A stretch of DNA of 32,000 nt, taken from assembly GCF_018398935.1 (NCBI RefSeq), contig NZ_CP074694.1, positions 750,001-782,000 of the forward strand. The letters run 5' to 3'. Made by a program: the position numbers and the translations under genes. Below are positions 26,055 to 32,000 of the stretch, piece after piece. The DNA comes from Telmatocola sphagniphila. Its GTDB lineage: Bacteria; Planctomycetota; Planctomycetia; Gemmatales; Gemmataceae. The number at the start of each line of letters is the position of its first letter. Positions within the stretch are counted from its first letter, which is position 1. The notes beneath the pieces are model-generated. The model was given only the letters and a program-made list of their open reading frames with translations. It had not been told where the DNA came from and made no database searches.

Positions 26055-27167
26055 TCAATGAATTACCCATTCTACTTCGTGACCTTCTGTACGGTCCGGA
26101 ACTTCCCATCTGTCTAACAATCGTTCAATCACTTGATCCGGCACCCGTTTTTTACGGGACCGGTTTTGATTGAGTAAACGTTGAAAACTCGTTTCCACGT
26201 AAACCAGGCGCACGCGCACCCCATACTGGGCGAATAGGCGGATGCAATCCTTTCGAGCGTGACGAGTTAAATTAGTTCCATTAAAAATAAAAGAATGATG
26301 AGCTTCCAGCTCTTCGCGGGCAATTTCACGGGCTTTTGCAAGAATCGCCGAGTGTGTATCGTTGATCGACTGCCCGTTCTGATGTCGTAGGGCATCCACA
26401 CTGATCATTTTCATATCAGGGAAGTGTTTCTGGATCCAGAAATCCTTTCCGGCGCCGGGCAGGCCGGACATCATGATGATTTCCAGCCCTTCGGACTTCT
26501 TCGGAGGATTCTCCATATTCTCGACTTGGAAGAAATTAAACCGTTCCGCATCGCCATTGAAGGCGTAGTGGGAGGAATAGCAGCCGAGCCGTTTGGCAAT
26601 TTCGCGAAAGTCGGCAATTTGTTTCAGAAGATTATCCGGGTCGGGGCAGATTCGGCCGCGTGCATCGGACTCGGCGAGGAGGGAAAGCCAGTCGCACCGG
26701 GCCGATTGGCTGACCTCGATAACGATGCGTTCCGGGGCTTCACTTTGGGAAACGAAAAAGGGCACTAAATGATGTCTGATTAGTCCGGTGATCTGCTCCC
26801 TCAAAATGAAAGGGATGCCCCGCTTCCAAAGTATCTGTCGGGCCCGCACGGCCCCACGCCAGGAATGGCCTCTGGAGGAGATCGATCCATCGGGTTCCAC
26901 CCGGGTACAGATCGGCTTGGCCACATCGTGCAGGAGAGCCGCCGTAAAGAGTATGTAGCGTTCCGTTTCGGGCAATTCTCGCCAGGCCGGGAGGCTGGCC
27001 ATGGCTTCGCAGACCATATGGACGTGCGTCCACACATCCCCCTCCGCATGGCGTTGAGGGTTCTGGGGGCAACTTTGTAAATCCCGTATCCACGGGAGCA
27101 TGTCCAGCGTCGCCCAGTCGATTTTCCATTCGGGCGGCTGCGGACACGGCGGGAACGCAGGGGTCAC
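26055..27167 (-). CDS. HD phosphohydrolase domain fused to a P-loop (AAA_33/polynucleotide-kinase-like) domain; HD-Pnk-like
   Basis: The N-terminal 'HAEGDVWTHVHMVCEAM...FTAALLHDVAKP' supplies the H...HD metal ligands. The C-terminal 'IIMMSGLPGAGKDFW' is a Walker A motif with Asp in place of Ser/Thr. GTG start with GGAG 9 nt upstream. Confidence 0.65.
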   Translation of the reverse strand: MTPAFPPCPQPPEWKIDWATLDMLPWIRDLQSCPQNPQRHAEGDVWTHVHMVCEAMASLPAWRELPETERYILFTAALLHDVAKPICTRVEPDGSISSRGHSWRGAVRARQILWKRGIPFILREQITGLIRHHLVPFFVSQSEAPERIVIEVSQSARCDWLSLLAESDARGRICPDPDNLLKQIADFREIAKRLGCYSSHYAFNGDAERFNFFQVENMENPPKKSEGLEIIMMSGLPGAGKDFWIQKHFPDMKMISVDALRHQNGQSINDTHSAILAKAREIAREELEAHHSFIFNGTNLTRHARKDCIRLFAQYGVRVRLVYVETSFQRLLNQNRSRKKRVPDQVIERLLDRWEVPDRTEGHEVEWVIH

Positions 27168-27181
27168 AGACTATCTCCGAC

Positions 27182-27210
27182 CCCGGGAAAAAACACTGCA
27201 GTTTCCCGGG
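27182..27210. promoter_or_regulatory. perfect 9-bp inverted repeat in the divergent promoter/leader region
   Basis: CCCGGGAAA (27182..27190) / TTTCCCGGG (27202..27210) with an 11-nt spacer. It lies 15 nt upstream of the HD-kinase start and 100 nt upstream of the 27311 operon. Confidence 0.35.
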
Positions 27211-27310
27211 CTAGGCGAAGCTTTTTTCTCACAATCTATTCTATATTACCAGTTGTTCGCCCTTTTAGACTAGGGCAACCGCTCGAACCCCTCCAGAAAG
27301 CGGCTAAACG

Positions 27311-28135
27311 ATGGCGCCAGAAAATGAATCCATCCCGCGAAAATCCCCCTGTAGCAAACTAGCCTCTGTGGCTCTGGGAATTTTTTTCCTTTTCCAGATC
27401 ATTTTTCTGATTGTCGGCAATGTCATCCAGTATTTGCCTCGCCAGCTTTCGGAGCATCGGGCGGAGCCATTTCAGAAACTGGGTAGACTGAGCGATTCAG
27501 ACTTGATTCAGGAACCTGTGGAAGCTGTTGGCTGGTTTTGCGATCGCTGGACCGAACTGACCGGCGAATGGCAAGGCTGGTCCATGTTTGCTCCGGTCTT
27601 CCCGCATCGCGGGGTATTCCCCGTAGTGGTTATGCATTTTGAGGAATCGAGCAAATATCCCGATGTGACGCTTTCCGAAGATTTCACGCCCGATAATCCG
27701 GAACACTATTTTCAACTGACTGATTCCCGGCATCGACGCTTCAATTACGAAACCCGCATGAGCGCCCCATTCGCGCTGATTCCCGAAGATCCGAAAAATC
27801 CGGGACAGTGGGATCCTCGATACGTCGATCGCTGGAATTCCGAAATTGAGACCTACGTTCAACTGTTGCATCGCCAGTACAGTTCCTACCTGCGCTGGCG
27901 GATCAGTCTTTTCCTGAAGGATCACCCCGACTATCCGATGCCGGAGACAGTCGAGCTGAAGATCCACATCATCCCGACGCCGGATCCTAATAATCCCAAT
28001 ACCGTCGAAACTCAGCAAACGATTCCCTATCTCCGCTGGACACCCGCGGAAGTTTCGGACAAATACCTCCCCCTCGAGTACTGGGATCTGATCGAAATGA
28101 AATTCAAAAAACTCGTCCGAAAGGAGCTGCCATGA
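27311..28135 (+). CDS. membrane-anchored extracytoplasmic protein of unknown function (274 aa), first gene of the HTTM operon
   Basis: Single N-terminal TM segment (LASVALGIFFLFQIIFLIVGNVIQYL) followed by a Trp/Pro-rich soluble domain ('WQGWSMFAPVFP'). Its stop overlaps the start of the next gene (ATGA at 28132..28135). Confidence 0.65.
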   Translation: MAPENESIPRKSPCSKLASVALGIFFLFQIIFLIVGNVIQYLPRQLSEHRAEPFQKLGRLSDSDLIQEPVEAVGWFCDRWTELTGEWQGWSMFAPVFPHRGVFPVVVMHFEESSKYPDVTLSEDFTPDNPEHYFQLTDSRHRRFNYETRMSAPFALIPEDPKNPGQWDPRYVDRWNSEIETYVQLLHRQYSSYLRWRISLFLKDHPDYPMPETVELKIHIIPTPDPNNPNTVETQQTIPYLRWTPAEVSDKYLPLEYWDLIEMKFKKLVRKELP

Positions 28136-29058
28136 ACGACCGAACTCTCGTCGGCACGGTTCCTTGGATGCCCGGATTCCTGCGCAATATCTGGTGGTTG
28201 AACCATCCGGTAGCCGCGGAAAGATTGGCCGCACTAAGGATTTCCGTGGGATTATTTTTCCTTCTGGATCTGCTGTGGATGTACGCCCCGCATTTCAGTG
28301 ATTACTACGGCCCAGGAAGTTTATCCGAACCGAACGTCTTTGAACGCCTGTTTCAATCCCCCAGCTGGTCCTGGTCGCTCATTCACTGGTTACCACCCGG
28401 GATTCCAGCAATTAGTCTCTTATATGTGGGAATACTTTCCGCGCTCGGAATGATCTTCGGTGTGATGCCGCGCTTGAGCGCCTGTCTGGGTTGGATGATC
28501 TCCTACTCGCTCCTGTCGGTTTGCCCCTTCCTGCACAATGGCGGGGACCGGGTGAAATGCATACTGATGTTTATTCTGATGCTGACGCCTTGCGATGCCG
28601 CCTGGGTGATCGGCCGGAAACAGCCACCCGCGGTGGTCCATCCCTGGTGGATGGTGCTACTGATCATGCAAATGTGCCTGATGTACTGTCTGAATGGCTT
28701 ACGGAAGTATCCCGGGCCGGAGTGGCGATCGGGCGAGGTACTTTACTATGTCTGCAATAGTTCACTCTGGGCTCACTGGTCCGGTCAATCGCATCCGGTT
28801 CCGATGGCCGTGTATAAACTGCTGACCTGGTTCACTTTAGTCTGGGAAATCTTCTTCCCGATTTTCCTTTGGATGCCGATCACGCGCAAGGCCATCCTCT
28901 GGATCGGGGCTTTCTTCCACGTTTTTACTTTCTTTCATCTGGAAGTCGGCATGTTCGCGATTTACGCGCTCTGTTTCTATACCGTCTTTGTTCCCTGGGA
29001 GCGGCTATCGGACTGGTTGAAGAAATCGAGAGTGTTAGAAAGTGAAAAAAATTTATAG
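28132..29058 (+). CDS. HTTM domain (vitamin K-dependent gamma-carboxylase/SdpB-like) polytopic membrane protein
   Basis: 'ERLAALRISVGLFFLLDLLWMYAP...', 'NGGDRVKCILMFILMLTP' and multiple TM segments match the HTTM pattern. A perfect AAGGAG lies 5 nt upstream of the ATG. Confidence 0.75.
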   Translation: MNDRTLVGTVPWMPGFLRNIWWLNHPVAAERLAALRISVGLFFLLDLLWMYAPHFSDYYGPGSLSEPNVFERLFQSPSWSWSLIHWLPPGIPAISLLYVGILSALGMIFGVMPRLSACLGWMISYSLLSVCPFLHNGGDRVKCILMFILMLTPCDAAWVIGRKQPPAVVHPWWMVLLIMQMCLMYCLNGLRKYPGPEWRSGEVLYYVCNSSLWAHWSGQSHPVPMAVYKLLTWFTLVWEIFFPIFLWMPITRKAILWIGAFFHVFTFFHLEVGMFAIYALCFYTVFVPWERLSDWLKKSRVLESEKNL

Positions 29059-29090
29059 GCTATAAGAGTCCACTCCAAAGAGGGTTTCTT

Positions 29091-29624
29091 ATGGCCGATC
29101 CGGATAAATCGCTTTCCAGGGTAGTTACAGTATTTGCTCTGGCATTCATCGCCGCCGTCATCTATCTGAAGGCGGCTCCGATGTTTAAAAAATCCCTCGT
29201 GGGTAAGCCCGCTCCGGAAATCGTCGGGCGCGATCTCAACGACAAAGAGATGCGGCTGAGCGATTACCGGGGCAAAGTGGTAATGCTCGATTTTTGGGGC
29301 CATTGGTGACCGGCTTGCCGGGCTATGTACCCTCACCAGCGGTCGCTGGTCAAAACGTATAAAAACAGACCTTTTGCCCTGGTGGGCGTTAATAGCGATG
29401 AGTCCCTTCGAGACGTTCGCGACATATTAGAAGAAAATGGTATAACCTGGCCTTCCTTCTTCGATGGGGAATCCGGACCGATTGCCGCAGCCTGGGAAGT
29501 GAAGTTCTGGCCGACGATTTATCTCATAGATCACGAAGGGAATATCGCCGGGGAATATACCGGGGATGCCAGATCCGATGCGCTGATAGAAAAGTTGGTT
29601 CAGCGAGCGGAAGCGGCGAAGTGA
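29091..29624 (+). CDS. membrane-anchored TlpA/ResA-like thioredoxin-fold selenoprotein (UxxC; TGA at 29307..29309 read as Sec)
   Basis: Track ORFs 29091..29309 and 29325..29624 are in the same frame. Read-through gives '...GKPAPEIVGRDLNDKEMRLSDYRGKVVMLDFWGHW-U-PACRAMYPH...FALVGVNSDES...FWPTIYLIDHEGNI'. That is the canonical redoxin 'FWxxWCxxC' with the first Cys codon replaced by TGA. N-terminal TM anchor VVTVFALAFIAAVIYL. A stem-loop lies downstream, and selA and selB are adjacent. Confidence 0.8.
29326..29361 (+). promoter_or_regulatory. candidate bacterial SECIS stem-loop
   Basis: Upper stem ACCAGC (29335..29340) / GCTGGT (29345..29350) with apical loop GGTC (29341..29344). Lower stem TGTAC (29326..29330) / GTATA (29357..29361, one G:U pair). 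The two stems are separated by an internal loop. The structure starts 16 nt after the UGA. Confidence 0.55.
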
Positions 29625-31039
29625 TCAGGATAGCAGATCCCCTCCAAGGCTTCTTTGAGCACCCCGGCTAATTTCTGGTCATTCAGCACAGTGCGAAGGT
29701 CGAGCAAAACTCGATCTTCGGATATTCGGGCCAGCACGAATTTTTCGCGAAGCCTCTTGCACAATATTTCGCTCGAAATCGATTTGGGACTCACTTGGAT
29801 TACGATTGTCGGCAGCGCCTGATCGGGCAGCGTGCCACCGCCTACATAGGCCGTTTCCTCCGCCAGTTGGAACTCGGCCTGTTCCTCCAGCGAGGAAAGT
29901 TCTGCGATAAATTTTGCCGAGCGTACTCTCAATTCCTCGATACTGATCGCCAGCAACCGGTAGAGAAGGATGTCGGGCCAAGAATCCTTTGCCTGCAAAT
30001 ATTTTTGCAAAGTTCCCTGAAGCAGGCTGAGTGTGATTTTGTCGCAGCGAAGCGCCCGCATCAACGGATCTTTTTCCAGTTTTTCGATCAGCGATTTCTT
30101 TCCGATGATGATTCCGCACTGCGGACCACCGAGCAATTTGTCGCCACTGAACAGGACCAGATCAGCTCCTGCCTGGATACTCCGTGGTACCAGAGGTTCG
30201 TCGTTCATCCCAAACGGTGTTAAAGGTATTAACACACCACTCCCCACATCATCCACCACGGGCAGATTGTGCTTGTGACCGAGTTCCACCAGTTCTTCCA
30301 GCGAAGGGCTTTCCGTAAAGCCGCGGATACGAAAATTGCTCTGATGAATTCGCATCAGCAAGGCAGTTTGAGGCTGAATTGCTTTTTCGAAATCCTTTAT
30401 TCGAGTGATATTGGTCGTGCCCACCTCGCGAAGTTTCGCGCCGCTCACTTCCATGATTTCCGGTATGCGGAAACTGCCTCCGATTTCCACGAGTTGGCCT
30501 CGCGAGACAATGACTTCCCGGCTCGAGGCCAGCGCGCGTAAGACAAGAATAGTAGCCGCCGCACAGTTGTTGACGACAGTGGCTGATTCGCAGCCGGTGA
30601 GTTGCTGGAGGAATTCCCGAATAGGTTTCTGCCGCTGCGATCGAACTCCGCTTTCCAGATCGACTTCGAGGTTGCAGTACTGTCCCGCTTTTCTTGTCGC
30701 TTCGTGGAGCAATTGAGAATCGATGGGAGCTCGACCGAGATTGGTGTGCAGAATGATGCCGGTTGCATTAATGACTTCATTCAGCTGATGGAGCGGGCGA
30801 ATTTGCAGTTCCTTAACGATCGCATGTCGGGCTTCTTCCAACCAGACGGGGACATCGATTTCCTCGCCCTGTAGTATTCTTTGTCGAATGGCCTCCAGCG
30901 ACCTTCGGCAGATGTCGACCCGATCTTCGTCTCGACAGCCGATCGCGCCAAATTTCGCTTCCCAGGCAACAATCTGGTCGACCAGGGAATTAACCGCCGG
31001 CAGCGAGCGCAGTCGAATCTGAATGGCAGGATCTTTCAT
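29600..31039 (-). CDS. selA: L-seryl-tRNA(Sec) selenium transferase
   Basis: 'NATGIILHTNLGRAPI' and 'FSGDKLLGGPQCGIIIGKK' (PLP-lysine block) are SelA signatures. The start is set to ATG at 31039 (MKDPAIQIRLRSLPAVNSL...), which overlaps the selB stop (ATGA). The track ORF extends to 31111. Confidence 0.88.
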   Translation of the reverse strand: MKDPAIQIRLRSLPAVNSLVDQIVAWEAKFGAIGCRDEDRVDICRRSLEAIRQRILQGEEIDVPVWLEEARHAIVKELQIRPLHQLNEVINATGIILHTNLGRAPIDSQLLHEATRKAGQYCNLEVDLESGVRSQRQKPIREFLQQLTGCESATVVNNCAAATILVLRALASSREVIVSRGQLVEIGGSFRIPEIMEVSGAKLREVGTTNITRIKDFEKAIQPQTALLMRIHQSNFRIRGFTESPSLEELVELGHKHNLPVVDDVGSGVLIPLTPFGMNDEPLVPRSIQAGADLVLFSGDKLLGGPQCGIIIGKKSLIEKLEKDPLMRALRCDKITLSLLQGTLQKYLQAKDSWPDILLYRLLAISIEELRVRSAKFIAELSSLEEQAEFQLAEETAYVGGGTLPDQALPTIVIQVSPKSISSEILCKRLREKFVLARISEDRVLLDLRTVLNDQKLAGVLKEALEGICYPDHFAASAR

Positions 31040-32000
31040 GAATTCGCGACCTGGAGAAAGCGTAAATCGCCCTCGCGGTGAGTAAAGCCAATGCGGTCGA
31101 GGTATTCGCACAAGGGTACCGCGAACTTTCGCGTTGTCCCCAGGATATCGCGAATCTCGGCTACGGTGATGCCCCGTCCCGATGCCAGGACCTGTCGAAC
31201 CGCTTCCCGCATACTGGCCTCTGCGTCCGCATGCAGATAAATCTCATGGGACACACGAACCAGGAGGCCCTCGGCCACCGCTACAGCAAATATATCTTCG
31301 AGGCTTTCTGCATTACCACCCGCCAGATTTGCAAAGCTGCGTGGCTCGGGAGGGGCAAACCCGGCCGTTCTCAAGGATTCGATAATTCGATCCTTCAACT
31401 TCTTTTGATTCTGGCTCAACTTGGGTTTGAAATCCGAGCAGGCAATCCGGCGATTATCTCCCGAGATTTTCTTGAGCCGGATTAATTCCTCGATTCCCCA
31501 ATCGATCAGTCCCTCATCCCCGATGTAGGCCAGTTGCGAGATGACTTTTTGCCGATCGTGGTGCGAGAGCAGAGGAGCCTCGGAGTGGAGTTTCGCCAGC
31601 ACCGCCAGAATCCGCTCTTCCAATTCGTCCCAGCGTTCCCTGTGCAGCAGAATCCGCCGCTCGGTCTGCTCGATGGATAGCCATTTCCCGTTCTGAATCA
31701 AAGAGTTTTCAACTTCCGCCAACTGACTCGGGGCAATACCGGCCTCCCGAACCAGATCGACGCGGGTAAGTCCATGATAATTGCGAAACCAGACGACCGC
31801 TTCCGCCCGCTCCATAATGTCATTTGACCGGAGTCTGTCCATCCACTGAAGCATCTCCGGCTGGCTTCGCCGGATTTTCAGTCCGGTGGGCTGCAGAACC
31901 TGTCCGCCTCCCAGCGTTGTCTCAGCCGAAGAGTTTCGCAAAACGAAGGGCTGTCCCCAAATGGCGGTAACCGATTCTTTTAGAAAGAGCTGTGCCAAGC
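31036..32000 (-). CDS. selB: selenocysteine-specific translation elongation factor, C-terminal winged-helix region (5' part outside window)
   Basis: Open frame from the window edge. The C-terminal '...ITVAEIRDILGTTRKFAVPLCEYLDRIGFTHREGDLRFL' matches the SECIS-binding WH4 module of SelB. It is adjacent to, and overlaps, selA. Confidence 0.8.
   Translation of the reverse strand, partial: LAQLFLKESVTAIWGQPFVLRNSSAETTLGGGQVLQPTGLKIRRSQPEMLQWMDRLRSNDIMERAEAVVWFRNYHGLTRVDLVREAGIAPSQLAEVENSLIQNGKWLSIEQTERRILLHRERWDELEERILAVLAKLHSEAPLLSHHDRQKVISQLAYIGDEGLIDWGIEELIRLKKISGDNRRIACSDFKPKLSQNQKKLKDRIIESLRTAGFAPPEPRSFANLAGGNAESLEDIFAVAVAEGLLVRVSHEIYLHADAEASMREAVRQVLASGRGITVAEIRDILGTTRKFAVPLCEYLDRIGFTHREGDLRFLQVANS

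Noticed and set aside
29325-29624. The 99-aa ORF as an independent gene, or the locus as a nonsense-mutated pseudogene
   Set aside because: The ORF lacks the N-terminal half of the thioredoxin fold. The TGA falls exactly on the catalytic Cys codon. A stem-loop follows it, and selA and selB are adjacent. Selenocysteine decoding is the simpler explanation. Pseudogenisation cannot be fully excluded from sequence alone.
1-32000. CRISPR arrays, tRNA/rRNA genes (including selC), transposases, integrases and prophage genes
   Set aside because: I saw no direct-repeat and spacer periodicity. No T-loop-like GGTTCGAATCC context sits in a cloverleaf-sized gap. No recombinase-like ORF is present. Apart from five gaps of 139..326 bp, none showing these features, every intergenic gap is 110 bp or shorter.

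Overview
The window reads as a gene-dense chromosomal segment of a Planctomycetota-type genome. The evidence is PSCyt1, DUF1549/DUF1553 and DUF1501 genes, a planctomycete-style Ser/Thr-kinase N-terminus, and many signal-peptide or lipoprotein genes. I support about 27 protein-coding genes. I found no rRNA, tRNA, CRISPR array, transposase or integrase. All functional calls come from motif recognition by eye; no homology search was run.

Ordinary content:
- aminotransferase, nagA, an SDR, a sugar-phosphate isomerase, a SAM methyltransferase, rarA and a ComEA-like protein
- a Wzm/Wzt-type ABC-2 polysaccharide exporter with a GT4 glycosyltransferase

Items worth a second look:
1. At 27311..29624 (+) a three-gene operon encodes a membrane-anchored unknown protein, an HTTM (vitamin-K carboxylase/SdpB-like) polytopic membrane protein, and a membrane-anchored TlpA/ResA-like thioredoxin. 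In the thioredoxin the first Cys of the WCxxC motif is an in-frame TGA at 29307..29309. A SECIS-like stem-loop follows it. The gene converges on, and overlaps, selA, which sits just after selB. This looks like a UxxC selenoprotein that ORF callers split in two.
2. At 17535..25944 (-) a four-gene planctomycete cluster of unknown function runs DUF1501, PPC-domain protein, Big2-DUF1549-DUF1553, then PSCyt1-WD40-coiled coil. A strong intrinsic terminator sits after the first gene.
3. An HD phosphohydrolase fused to a P-loop kinase resembles an HD-Pnk end-healing enzyme, but its Walker A motif is GKD.
4. A 99-aa stand-alone SWIM zinc-finger protein.
5. An apparently orphan beta-class DNA methyltransferase.

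Several start codons in the ORF track appear too far upstream, and I give corrected coordinates.
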